DNA from: Eledone cirrhosa
Lineage: Eukaryota
NCBI GenBank assembly: GCA_964016885.1
Contig: OZ024741.1
Span: forward strand, 351,292,001-351,356,000
Length of the DNA stretch: 64,000 bases
Reading direction: 5' to 3'
The notes beneath the pieces are model-generated. The model was not told the DNA's origin and did not search any database. It saw only the letters and a list, made by a program, of their open reading frames with translations. The position numbers and the translations under genes were made by a program. Below, one piece after another: positions 37,060 to 50,152 of the stretch; the first letter of the stretch is position 1; every line of letters starts with the position of its first letter.

Positions 37060-37660
37060 TACTTAAAATGTCTTTTTGAGAAAACTGAAGATCTCGTTAA
37101 AAGAATGAAATGGAAAGTATGCTTCTTTGATAACGGAAATCCAGGTGCTTATTACAACGATAAATAGAGATTTAAAACATGCAGAATTCCTCCTCCAAAT
37201 ATACATCTGGAATTACTTGAAATAGATTTAATTAATCTAATAAGAAACGTGAAATCCCGGAAATTCACTAGCAGATTCCTGAGCCATTTAAAGACCAAAC
37301 TGAATTCCTTGGCTAACCCGGATAAGACATATGTTAATTCTGATAAAACAAAAGCTCTCAATAGTTTAGATAAAAATGCTTATATATAACTATCCAGTAA
37401 AAATACCTCTATCTATAAGAAATCCCATGTTAATACTTGTAACTTTATTAATGAAAAGGCTAGGGAGATTGCAACTGCACATAAAATAAACGATAGCGTG
37501 CAACTCTTGGAACCCCAACCCGCACATCGTGCTTAAAGGTAAAAAATAATTTCACTCGTCACTCCAAATGTAGGTTAATTAACCCTGCTTAGAAAGATTT
37601 AAGAATAGATACTAAATACGAATTTGATCATAGAATTTGTAGAGTTAGAAAAGTAGTTAA
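37060..37660 (+). mobile_element. Degenerate Penelope-like (Neptune-type) ORF N-terminal fragment
   Basis: EKTEDLVKRMKWKVCFF, DLINLIRNVK, YVNSDKT, KCRLINPA. Confidence 0.6.
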
Positions 37661-37762
37661 CCTAGTTGTCAAGAACAGAATAGTTTGTAATAACATATCA
37701 ATAAACAGAAGCCTAAATGGACTCTAAATGAATAAAATTGTAACAATGAATTACAGTAATAA

Positions 37763-37946
37763 TAATTGTTTCTACTTTTGGCACAAGGCCAGCAATTACC
37801 CAGTGCATTACTGGTACTTTATTTTATCAACCCCATAAGAATGAAAAGCAAAATTAACCTCGGCGGGATTTGAGGTCGGAACGTAAAGGACATAACTCCA
37901 TGTTGCAAAGCTTGGTGACGGACGCACTACCGATACTGCCAATTAA
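37763..37946 (-). mobile_element. SINE family A
   Basis: Reverse complement of the 5059-5244 family. Confidence 0.85.
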
Positions 37947-37974
37947 ACTTATATTGTTTCTGTTAGATAAATGA

Positions 37975-38300
37975 AATACATTATCCCACCAGTCGCCGTC
38001 GAGACCTCCAGGCGTACTTGGACTCCGTACAGTCGAGCTCCTCCGCAAAATAGGAGCGTCGGCGGCCCGCCTGGGTGGGGTGGCTGTTGCAGCCAGTGTC
38101 GCTGGCCATTGTCCGCTGGAATGCTTTTGCGATCTTGTCCGCGCGGCACAACCCCTCTACTGCAGCGCCCTAGACCCAGAGCCCAATCATCCTCCCCTTC
38201 CCCCTCCCCATTCTTCCCTGACACTAGAGTTCTTGCCATTCCCTCCCTTTCCAGCTTTTTCTTTTTCTCTCTTTTTCTCTATATTTTCCTTTTTTACCTT
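37975..38300 (+). mobile_element. CRE-clade 3' fragment
   Basis: PVAVETS.GVLG ... SLAIV(R)-GNAFAILS-like reading across frameshifts. Confidence 0.55.
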
Positions 38301-38334
38301 TTCTATAAAAACTCAGATCATATATTAATATATA

Positions 38335-39030
38335 TCACCGCCTCGTTCTCCCGGCGGACAAGACGGAGAAGACATTGCCTCTGAAAATGGCAAGGGAGAC
38401 GCGCTGGGACAGCCACTCTACTTCACTTGCGAGTAACCAACTCCACCCTGATAGCAGAGAGTAGGGGCCAAGAACGCCAGAAGACTCCACTGCCACAGGC
38501 TCCACCACAGAGGGCGACCGATATTTTGACAGATTGCTCTCTTTGGCCTGACAGGCGGCGAATTCTGTGTTGATAACCAAACGCACCAGGTTGCCGCTGG
38601 AGAAGGTGTTACAACATGTGGCATCAAAGATGAGGGATCTACCACCAGAGAACGAGAAGATTGTCATGTGGTCTGGCTTTTTGCTGTCCTTTCGGTCCAG
38701 TCCTGCTGTCACGAGCCGAGAAGGGAAGCTTGTGGCATTCAGGCCTGTTTTATGATCTCGTTGAGAGTAGCATGACGTGGTAGGTGGTCAGCGCTATAAC
38801 GACATGACAGTAAGTGGAGACTGAAAGAATCTGCTGTATCCGCAGCGACATTTGTGTGGGTCACAGGTCTGGAGGCCGAGCCCCAGGGAAACACCGATGC
38901 GCAAACAGTCACTGTCCAGCTGAATGCCTGTCGAGAGTGATGGTACTGCGTTGAGCCAAACACCGCTATGGGGTTGTGAGGCCGAACGAAAACATGCCTG
39001 ACGGTGCTGGTCAAGCTGGCACACTAGCCT
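38335..39030 (-). mobile_element. CRE-clade non-LTR retrotransposon 3' fragment
   Basis: GVWLNAVP, CRCG...HLLSC...RH, KPD, FDATC, PVAVESSGVLG, WLSQRVSLAIFRGN. Confidence 0.8.
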
Positions 39031-39976
39031 GTCCTATGATAAAATATAGAATTTCTTAATGAATTTTTGATATTGTGGATTTTCATCCATCTAACACTAA
39101 GTCACTACTACTACTACTACTACTACTACTACAATTTACTAACACCTGTAAGTGATTCAGATATTAATATCATTCTGCATACTAGGAGGCCTCCCTGACT
39201 TTTTTAAAATGGTATTTCAGCCAAAAAAAAAAAAAAAAAAAAAAAGAATAGAGAGAACTTATTTGATGTAGCTATGGGTACATCTGATGGGGTGGTATTG
39301 TGAAATTGTTGTTTTTATATGTTTTAGACTTGTTATAGAAATGGTTGCCGATGTTGATCGGAGGGATATACCGTAATTCAGATTAAGCTTATTGCAAAAT
39401 ACGAAAGAGTATAACATAAATTTAGGAAAGACATTATTTTATTTTTCGGTGAAGTAGATTTTAAAATATGCATTGAGAACAAACTTACAAAAGTTAATTT
39501 TCTACAAAAAAAAATTAGACTTAGACGTTAATGAATTTCCCTCATTACAGACCCAATGAAGAATTATTTAAGAATGTTTGTAGATGTATATTATTTTTAT
39601 CTTTAGATATAAACACTTACAAGCACTTAAACGTAATAGATTTACTAGTAGGATAGAATACATAGTCAGGCCTTTAGCTGCCAGACATAGAAATAGAAGT
39701 AAGGAAACCCTGAGGCTCAATCCAATTTTTGCATGCATTTTTGTAAGCAAAATAATTTTTTAAACCTGGTTTAACTTAATTTTACCAGAGAACATAGATA
39801 CTATAGAATCTTTAATAGAATTTCTAGTTTAGAGAAAGAAAGAGAGAGAGAGAGGAGGAGAGAGAGACATGAGGGGGAGAAATGAGGTGAAACAGAAATG
39901 AAACATAGATTACAGGTTAAAATATAGTCTAGATAGATGTGAAACAAAACGAGGATCTAGTTTATGGAACACCCAT

Positions 39977-40415
39977 AAGTCGACCTTAAGTAGGAGCAAT
40001 AATATTAAGAAAGACATGAACGACACCACAACACTTTGTTTTGAAAATTTTGAAAGTAGGTTTATAAGTATGAATTTTCATAAGATTTTCGTAGTTGTCT
40101 CTGTGGCCTAGCGGTAGGTACTAGAGACGGTGGAGATCCTCGCGTTGGGTTCAATTCTGGTCAAGAGGTACATGTAACCTTTTTCAGTTTTTATTTTACA
40201 AACTGAAAAGGTTAACTGGGAACCCTACTCCCGACCAGGATCGAACTTCAGACCAGGATCACCAGCGTCTATGATTCCATCAACTAGGCCACCGAGACAG
40301 CTACAAAAGTATAATGAAACTTGATAATTATAAACCTACTTTCAAATCAAAGTTAAAAATATGTGGTGTCGTTCATGGCTTTCCTAGAGCTATTAGTAAT
40401 ATTTAGGGTCGACTT
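39977..40415. repeat. Diverged palindrome containing two convergent tRNA-like units
   Basis: Arms aagtcgacc...catgaacgacaccaca...tttgaaagtaggtttataa versus their reverse complement; tRNA-like heads at 40097-40168 (+) and 40227-40298 (-). Confidence 0.8.
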
Positions 40416-40702
40416 CTGGTCATTATTGAAAGTCTCTGGATTTGGCAAAATACACATATTTTTTATTGGAGAAGGTAAGATATTTTTCCGCAAAAATTTG
40501 ATTGCACTGTTTTGTTTCCACTTATGTATTTTTCGAAAATGTTATTTATTCATTATAAAAATTAAATGATAGCATTCTATATGTAGGTGGGCTCCCTTCA
40601 TCTCCTGGCAACCAATATTTTTAGACCCAGTCCGCTATTGGATATATGTGTATATTTATACACATAAATGCAGTCTCTGTTACGCACTCTGTATTTATAC
40701 AG

Positions 40703-40895
<193 letters not shown>

Positions 40896-41177
40896 CCAAG
40901 ACGATATACATACATACATACTACTAAACAGATTACCTGACCCAATTTAGCCGTAACAATGAACTTAACGAAAAGGTAAAATTACAGCCAAAATTCAAGA
41001 TAAAAAAGAATGTAAATAATCGCTGCAGACCAGAACTTATTTTAGTGGGTAGAAGTAAAATGATGGTTTTACACGAAATTGATATTAACAGCTCAACTGT
41101 GGATGTGTATATGAAGGGCATGGTGTGGTGGTTATGGCTAGGTATAACAGTGGACATTCATGCCTATATATAGATAA

Positions 41178-41433
41178 CAGGGGCGGTGGAACTGGGGCAG
41201 GGGAAGCCATGGCCTTCCCCCAATAATTATATTTTTCTCCCCAAACTACCAAAAACACTCATCTATTTGTATATGCGCTGCAATTTATGTACATGTTATG
41301 TTTATCGGATATCGTAGTTTTTTTTATATCATGGTTGATATCATGGTTGATATTTGATGATAACAGCTAATCTCTACAACTAAATTGACCGAATTTGCCC
41401 CACCCCCATTCAGAAATGCTTCCACCGCCCCTG
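41178..41433. mobile_element. hAT-like MITE
   Basis: 14-bp TIR caggggcggtggaa / ttccaccgcccctg; no clear TSD. Confidence 0.7.
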
Positions 41434-41462
41434 AATAAGGTATTTTATATATTTAGGATTGG

Positions 41463-41700
41463 ATGTGGCTTAGTGGTTAGGATGTTCGGCTCACGATTGT
41501 CAAGTCATGGGTTCAATTCCAGGCGTCGCGTTGTGTCCTTGTACAAGATACTTTATTTCACGTTGTTCCAGTCAACTAAAAAGCTAGGCTTGTCACATAT
41601 TGTACCACACTGAGTCTCTCTGTTAAAGGTACACGTGTCTATGATACAGATTAATTTCATTGATCGAATCAACTGAAGTACTCGTCGCTGCAGCCGCCGG
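41463..41700 (+). mobile_element. SINE family B
   Basis: tggcttagtggttagg...gggttcaattcc...gtgtccttgtacaagatactt. Confidence 0.75.
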
Positions 41701-41806
41701 AGATCCAACATGTGTATGAATGGGAATGTAACTTTAAGTGTTCTTTCTGTAATATTGTGTAGAAAGATAGTTGCATGTGCGTCCCTGTAGGTTTCATGTA
41801 GTATTA

Positions 41807-41868
<62 letters not shown>

Positions 41869-42159
41869 GGAGTAACGTTCAGCACAAACGTTTCATGTAA
41901 AAGTGCTTGAATTGTTTACAGTTACTCATACACCTACCCAAACGTTCGTCATACACTTGCATATACACACACACATACAGATGCACACATACAGATGCAC
42001 ACATACACACATACACACACACATAGTTTAATGAAGGCTATCATACTTGAGGTTGTGAAGCACAGGTCAGTCATTTAATTGATGTCAACATTTAAAAAAA
42101 ATGACTAATGTTAATAATATCTTGTGTGAAGGAAACTCACTGATTGGGCAAATTAGAAT

Positions 42160-42310
42160 GATGGTTTCTCATTTAGGCACAAGGCCAACAATTTTGGGGA
42201 GTGACGGGGACGTCCATTAAATCGACACAAGTGCATTACTGGTGCGTTATTTTATCGACCATCTAAGGATGAAAGGCAAGGCTAACCTCGGCGGGATTTC
42301 AACTCAGAAT
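42160..42310 (-). mobile_element. SINE family A fragment
   Basis: ttttatcgaccatctaaggatgaaaggcaag...cctcggcgggattt. Confidence 0.75.
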
Positions 42311-42428
42311 AATGATATTGAAATATCTTCAAATGGTTCCTTCTACATGAAGAACATAGAGTGTAGTGCACTATATTAGAAATTATAACCGCAATGGGAG
42401 AGAAAGCCAGTAGCGTCAATTATAAGTA

Positions 42429-42884
42429 CGATAGAACCTCATACTTCGAGTGCTCCAATGTACGAGTAATTTGCAATACGAGCTGAAGCTCGTGCGAATT
42501 TTTGTCTCGCAGTACGAGTGGAAATCCGCAGTACGGGCGAGTTTCATACAAGCGACCGCTAGTCGGCGCTGAGCTCGCACACGCTCTCCCAACAAGCGCA
42601 GCCTCCGTTCAGTCAGTTCACGTGTTTATCTCGTTGTGGCAGCATCCCTATTGTGTTTTCCCAGTGTTTTTTTTTTAGTTTTGTGTGTTTTTTGCTATTA
42701 TTTTATAACTGTACCTTTTCTGTTTTAAAACTCATAAAAATGATTTTTGGGTGGTTTTAGAGGGCTGGAACGGATTATTTATATTTTAATTAATTTCAAT
42801 AGGAAAAATTGATTTGTAAACGATTAAATCGTAAAACGAGCTCAGTCATAGAACAGATTAAACTCCTACTTCGAGGTATCACTG
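42429..42884. mobile_element. Tc1/mariner (Tigger/pogo-like) MITE
   Basis: TA|cgatagaacctcatacttcgag ... ctcctacttcgaggtatcactg|TA. Confidence 0.6.
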
Positions 42885-43049
42885 TATTCTTAGGCATGGC
42901 AAGGGAGAAAATTCCTGAAATTTCAATCCACAAAAAATAAAAAAATAAAAATAATAATGGAGATATGCTGGTATTGGGTAAGTTTCATATTAGGCAGTCA
43001 AGCTGACATACCTACGTCTTTATAGTTAAACAAAGAAAAGTGCGTTACA

Positions 43050-43556
43050 TAATAGCATATGGAAGAGTATAAAATTTGAGCAATAGATAAGACTTCATCC
43101 GATGGCTCCAATAATTGTCACTATACTTACTACGTGCCCTCAACAAGTAAAGAGGTTGAAACAGACAGGGGCGAGCATACGATAACGTTTCACTTCATTA
43201 GAGATTGTGAATGGCTTTCAGATAGTATTTGGGAGGACAGTGAGGAGCACAAATGTTTTGGAGAAATCAAGTTTTTGTGGATTGTTCAGAGTGCCTCAAA
43301 TGTCCCAGTAAAGTCAATGAACACAGTGTAGAAGTCTATATTTTGTTCAATGTATTTTTCTTGGATTTGTCTCACAGTAAGAATCATGTCCACAATGCTG
43401 CACCCTGGTCTAAAATTGAACTGAGCTTCTGGTAACACTTCTTTCGAGAAGTCAAGCAAATTATTAAACCAGATTCGTGCTAATGTTTTGCCAGCATCGA
43501 ACTTCAAGGATATTCTTCGATAGTAGTCATAGTCTACCCCGTTACTCCTTTTTTCA
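43050..43556 (-). mobile_element. Degenerate RTE reverse transcriptase fragment
   Basis: AGKTLARI...VLPEAQFNFRPGCSIVDMILTVRQIQEKYIEQN...FIDFTGTF. Confidence 0.8.
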
Positions 43557-44548
43557 AATCGAAACTACAGGGGTATCCACGATGGCTAATGTTATGGATT
43601 TTTCATTTAAGTACTGACCAAAACATTGTGGAATTACATCAAATATCTCAGAGCTCTGAGTTTAAATCTCGCCAAGGCCAAATTAGCTTTTCATTCTTTC
43701 TTGGTTCATAAATAAAATACCCGCCAAGGACAGTGGTTTGAAGAAATTGTTAGAGAATCAGACGAAATGCGTTGAAGTATTTGTTCCCGCTATTAGTGGT
43801 GTGAGATCAAATTTGATTTATAATGAAACCAAACACGAGAAAAGACCGGAAATTAATAAGAAAAATGAAAGATATTATTCCACGCGATGAATACAACTAA
43901 ACAAACAACATAACGAGCGCGCATGCATATATACATATATATATTTATTTATTTGTCTGCACGTTGGACAATAGTCCTTTCTCTTCTGTTTTATTATTTC
44001 TCTCATTTCTATATTTTCCTCCTTTGGCTAAGCTCCTGCGCAATCTATATATAATTTGCCTCAAGTCATAACTACCTCTTTTGTTATGTCTCAATGTGCA
44101 CTGGAATAAATCTTATCGACCGTAATGCCCCAAAACCGTAGTGATTTCCAAAGGTTGACTGAGGAGATGGGACTGTCCGTCTTTCCATTGTTTTTTTAAT
44201 TATTTTTTTTGTTTTTTTTTTCATTGTTTTTGTCTTTTCTCGTGTTTGGTTTCATTATAAATCAAATTTGATCTCACACCACTAATAGCGGGAACAAATA
44301 CTTCAACGCATTTCGTCTGATTCTCTAACAATTTCTTCAAACCACTGTCCTTGGCGGGTATTTTATTTATGAACCATGAAAGAATGAAAAGCTAATTTGG
44401 CCTTGGCGAGATTTAAACTCAGAGCTCTGAGATGTTTTATGTAATTCCACAATGTTTTGGTACTTAAATGAAAAATCCCTAACATTAGCCATCGTGGATA
44501 CCCCTGTAGTTTCGATTTGAAAAAAGGGGTAATGGGGTAGACTATGAC

Positions 44549-44550
<2 letters not shown>
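43524..44550. repeat. Inverted duplication with ~320-bp arms (43524-43846 / 44232-44550) and a 385-bp spacer
   Basis: Arms are near-identical reverse complements and include an RTE remnant and a decayed SINE. Confidence 0.95.
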
Positions 44551-44638
<88 letters not shown>

Positions 44639-44813
44639 TATATATACATATATATATATATAGTGATATATATATATATCACTATGCGGTGCCCCAGCAT
44701 GGACTCAGCCGGATGGCTGGAACAGGTAAAAGAGTAAAAGAGTATATACATATATGTACATATACATATATATATATATACATATATATATGTATATATA
44801 TATATGTGTGTAC

Positions 44814-44860
<47 letters not shown>

Positions 44861-44975
44861 AACGTTAGAATATGTGTAATAAGGCCAAGACAATGCAGAT
44901 ATGGACATAGAAAAAAGAATGCAATAGTGAAAGATATTGATGAGAATTCGTCTTTCACCTTGAATTTATTTAAAT

Positions 44976-45014
44976 GTCCTTAATTTTCGAGATAATATCT
45001 CTTCTTCGGAGGGA
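44976..45014 (-). ncRNA. Minimal HHR-like motif in the PLE 3' region (U4->C)
   Basis: cct-CCGAAGA-a gagat att atctc-GAAA-at-TA-agg. Confidence 0.5.
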
Positions 45015-45394
45015 AGTAAAAGTCTCAGACCAGCGTCTAAATTTCCAATGAAGCCATGCTGACCGGAAATAGTATAGAGTTCTAACTTTAATATCAAAGA
45101 ATTAAAATTAGGTGGGTAAAGAGTAGTCTCCCTTTAAGAGGGGTTTGTTTATGTTTTTGTTGTGTTTTTTTAAATTTTATATGCGTGCCTGTATATGTGT
45201 GTGGGAGAAAGCATGAAGGTGTAGGTATGTGGGTGTGTGTGTGTGAGTGTGGGAAGATAGGTCTAATCGTAAAAGTGGGGGGTAGGTGTTATCTGGTGTT
45301 AGAACTGGTTTTGTGTGTGTATGTGTGAGAGAGAATAAGTGGAGATGTGCGCGTGCGTGTGTGTGGGGTGTGTAAAGTGGGGCTAGAGGCCCTA

Positions 45395-46465
45395 TCAGGT
45401 TATAAATTGGGTGTTGAGCTCTAGTCTATTATTGATTGGTGGATGTGTTCTATCTATAATGAGTGCTTCCTTGATTCTAAGATTGCCGAGGTTTCTTTCC
45501 TTAGTTTCTATCCTAACTGTTATGTTTTTATCAGTGTTTTTGCATTTAACTAGGTGTTTCTTAAATGAGGAAGCGTTAGTATTGAGGTGTTCTTTTATTC
45601 TTATGTGGAGTGGTCTGGTGGTGCTACCTACGTAGAAGTTGTTGCATTTGTCACACTCTAGTCTGTAAACTACGTAAGCCTGGTGGCATAGGTCTGTGTC
45701 GTTGATGGGGCAGTTGGCTAGTCTGCAGCAGTTGTCATGTCTGGTGGAGTGTCTCTTAGCTAGCCGTCCACGCAAAGAAGGACCCGAATGGGCCAGTTGA
45801 ATATCCAGACCTTCTCGTCTGATGGCTCTGCGGATGGCTGTTGTTGTTTCTTCACTGAAGTGTGGGAGCTTCAGGAAGCAAGTGTTAGTGCCTCGGGTGT
45901 GGTGTCCTCTGTTCTTTCTGGCACGGTTTGTGGTGGATGTCGTGTATCCGTTCAGTTTGAGTACTTCCAGGAAATGTGTGGTGTGTGTGTCTCGGTCTCT
46001 GGCGTCGGTGCATTTGTTCTTGATACGTGCCAGTTCGTTCTTTATGTATCCGAACTTGGCACCGAGTGGGAGGGCCGATCTGAAATGTACGAACAGGTCC
46101 CTGCTGGCGGCTTTTTTATAGAAGCAGGTGTGGATGTTGCCTTCCTCTGTTACCCTGAGTTGGAAGTCCAGCAGGGATAGGGATCCGCGGTCATCGGGGT
46201 GTTCTATGCTGAACTTTATACTGGCGTCCATGCTGGAGAATGTTGTGTATATTTTCTCTGCCTCCTCACGGGATGATGTAAGGATGAGTATGTCATCTAC
46301 ATATCGGGTGAAGAAGGCATGGGAATGGCAGGTGTTGAGGGCTCGGCATTCTAGTTGGTTCATGTAAGTGATGGCCAGCAGGCCAGAGAGGCTGGATCCC
46401 ATGGGTAATCCTGTTGTCTGTCTGTATGTATGGTGGTGGAAGGTGAAGTACGTATAACCTCCTCC
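45395..46465 (-). CDS. Penelope RT C-terminal half + GIY-YIG endonuclease (partial, uninterrupted)
   Basis: YRQTTGLPMGSSLS, RYVDDILI, SLLDF, FYKK, VVYRLECDKCNNFYVGSTTRPLHIRIKEH, RIKEAL, PPINN. Confidence 0.9.
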   Translation of the reverse strand, partial: GGGYTYFTFHHHTYRQTTGLPMGSSLSGLLAITYMNQLECRALNTCHSHAFFTRYVDDILILTSSREEAEKIYTTFSSMDASIKFSIEHPDDRGSLSLLDFQLRVTEEGNIHTCFYKKAASRDLFVHFRSALPLGAKFGYIKNELARIKNKCTDARDRDTHTTHFLEVLKLNGYTTSTTNRARKNRGHHTRGTNTCFLKLPHFSEETTTAIRRAIRREGLDIQLAHSGPSLRGRLAKRHSTRHDNCCRLANCPINDTDLCHQAYVVYRLECDKCNNFYVGSTTRPLHIRIKEHLNTNASSFKKHLVKCKNTDKNITVRIETKERNLGNLRIKEALIIDRTHPPINNRLELNTQFIT

Positions 46466-46617
46466 ATTTATATATATGTATATATATATGTACATATATA
46501 TATATATATATATAAATTAATAAAAACAATGAAATAAAAACAAAGAACAAGTTCCTTATATTACAAATTATCAGAGGAAATATAAATACCTTCACATATA
46601 CATGCCGTCCTCAGAAA

Positions 46618-46697
<80 letters not shown>

Positions 46698-46726
46698 GTT
46701 TTTTTCAAATTTCACCTCGTCCGTGC

Positions 46727-46762
46727 CTTCTGATGAAGGACTAGCGTCCGAAATGTTAAGAC
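46727..46762 (+). ncRNA. Minimal HHR-like motif in a pLTR-like module
   Basis: ctt-CTGATGA-a ggac tagc gtcc-GAAA-tg-TT-aag. Confidence 0.55.
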
Positions 46763-46838
46763 CCTCTTCCTGCTATTTCAAGCGTTAACCTAATATATTC
46801 CTTCCATATACTGTACTGATTGTGTTATTTCTGTTACC

Positions 46839-46917
<79 letters not shown>

Positions 46918-46971
46918 TAAAAAAATAATGAATAAAACAATGAAACAGTTCCTTATATTAAACAAAAAAAG

Positions 46972-47124
46972 TTCATTATTTAACGATCGTTTCTAGGACA
47001 TATACGTGTTAGAATTGGCATGCATATTCAACAGATCTATGTACAAAATTATACAAAATTATACAAACTATCAAATAGAATATACATACCAACACATACA
47101 TATGCCGTCTTCAGAAATAATGAA
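46972..47124 (-). ncRNA. HHR with 10-bp stem I and ~115-nt extended stem II
   Basis: ttcattattt-CTGAAGA-cggcatatgtatgtgttgg...ctaacacgtatatgtccta-GAAA-cgatcg-TT-aaataatgaa. Confidence 0.65.
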
Positions 47125-47753
47125 ATATATTTATTGATAATAACAACAATTCAAAATTACAGGTCTGTTTGGGAATAGAGTTCAAATAGACCAATGAAAT
47201 ACACAAAAATATATCAAGAAAATACAGTTAGGTGTGTGTATATATGTAAGTAACTTCGTTCACAGATATGCATAAAAATATATGTTCACATGCATACGCA
47301 TGTCGAAAAAATGTATGTAAATACAAAAATTCAGGGCTAATGTCTCTGTATGTTTATAATTTACAGACAAAATACACATACGTATATAAACATATATACA
47401 CTCATATATACACACATATACATACATTCATACACACACACGCATATACACATAAACATACACATACCCACGAACATACACACACACATACATACACACA
47501 CACACACACATACGTATATATTATTATTATAACTATATGGATATTAAGGCGCACACATAAACACTGCCACATATATTTACATCTAGATGCAGAACTAAAA
47601 TAGGTAAAGGGAGTCAGTAATTACTGAGGGTGTCAGACAACAGCCTATTTATAAAAATGTATCTATAAATTTAGAAATAAAAAGAAATATATTAAAAAGA
47701 AATAAACAAGTAAAATATATACTCATACATAAAATACACACCGATATACATAT

Positions 47754-47787
<34 letters not shown>

Positions 47788-48147
47788 ATAGAGACATATA
47801 CATATACATATATAAATATATAGACACACATACATACACACATATATATATACATATACTCACAACACACATATATATACACATATATGTACATACATAT
47901 ACACACATACATACATATACATATATATATACACATATATACATACATATATACACACATATATACATATACATACACGCACATATATATACACACACAC
48001 ACATACATATACGTATATATACATACACATACACATATCCATGTATATATATACACATACAACCACACGCTCACACACAACTCAGACATACATAAATAAA
48101 GAGATATACATACACACATATATATTTTTGGTAGATTTATCTACATA

Positions 48148-48224
<77 letters not shown>

Positions 48225-48363
48225 AGGAATTTGTTGTATATGGTATAGAGAATTCGAAGTTGGAAAGCCACAATAATGATGGTTTGGACAGAGAAAAGAT
48301 CAAAACGCGTTTTGATTTCTTCTCTGTTCAAATTTGCATTGTCGTGACTTTCCAGCTTCGAAT

Positions 48364-48447
<84 letters not shown>

Positions 48448-48469
48448 TATATATATATATATACATATA

Positions 48470-49226
<757 letters not shown>

Positions 49227-49269
49227 TATATATATATATATTGCGTATATATATTTAAAATTGCACACC

Positions 49270-49585
49270 GTCGGTTAAGACGACGAGTGCTCCGGTTGAT
49301 TGTTTAACGAAACAGCCATCTCCTAAAATTACCTTGCAAGTAACTGAGCTTTCCGCATACACCTGTACTATTAGTGCAGTTTTCTCCGTGATTCAGCAGG
49401 ACACAGACAGTGACAAGAATGGCCACTTGAATTGCAGGCACAATTCATTTTGCAGAATGTCAGTAGAATGAATTGTAGCAACGTGAAATAGAGGGTATTT
49501 CTGAAGGACACAAAGCGCCGCCGGGTATCGAATTCCATTACGATCGTGAACCGAATACTCTGACCATTAAGCCACGTGCCTTCAC
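49270..49585 (-). mobile_element. SINE family B (degenerate)
   Basis: Reverse complement begins gtgaaggcacgtggcttaatggtcagag...ttcgataccc...gtgtccttcag. Confidence 0.7.
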
Positions 49586-49600
49586 TTGTGTATATATATT

Positions 49601-50097
49601 TATACTGAGGTACCCGGCAATACCCGGGAGCGGGGGGTATTCCCAGTTCCCATTAAAATGCCCAATGCCTCTCAGACCAAAAATGAAATCTAAATATAGG
49701 ACAGATAATCAAAAGCGAAGACAAATTCATTTACGAAATAATAATACAAACAAATATTGTTGATTGCATTGGTCAGGCGAGAACATGTTTGTCAGAGAAG
49801 TTGAGTGTTGCTATAAGGAAGAAAAGAGAACCTCCATTAGGGGGTTTCATTGCTGAAATGTTGTGAATAGGTATCATATCTTGTCATTTACCCATGGTTT
49901 AAATTTCATATAAATCGAAGGGAAAAAATATTCAGCGGGGGTTTGTGACCCCGGGGAACCCTTTGATTAAAATGAAATATATTTATCCAAGTACCCTGGG
50001 TAATGTAGTTTCAGAATATATATGGTCATGGGGGTCTATCTCCAAAACCATAGGAGGAGTTCGTGAACAAACAAACAAACACACAGGAATACAATTT

Positions 50098-50105
<8 letters not shown>
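49601..50105 (-). mobile_element. Non-autonomous Helitron-like element
   Basis: Minus strand: 5' tatataaaattg + (TTTG)n; 3' hairpin cccgggtattgccggg then cagta|t. Confidence 0.55.

Positions 50106-50152
<47 letters not shown>

Larger units (their letters stand above)
44880..46465 (-). mobile_element. Penelope-like element, 5'-truncated, with 3' pLTR
   Basis: Open RT + GIY-YIG frame; downstream HHR-like motif at 44976-45014. Confidence 0.9.

Noticed and set aside
37084-37125. CTGAAGA...GAAA HHR-like spacing
   Set aside because: Falls within Penelope-like coding remnant (TEDLVKRMKW), and stems I/III do not form
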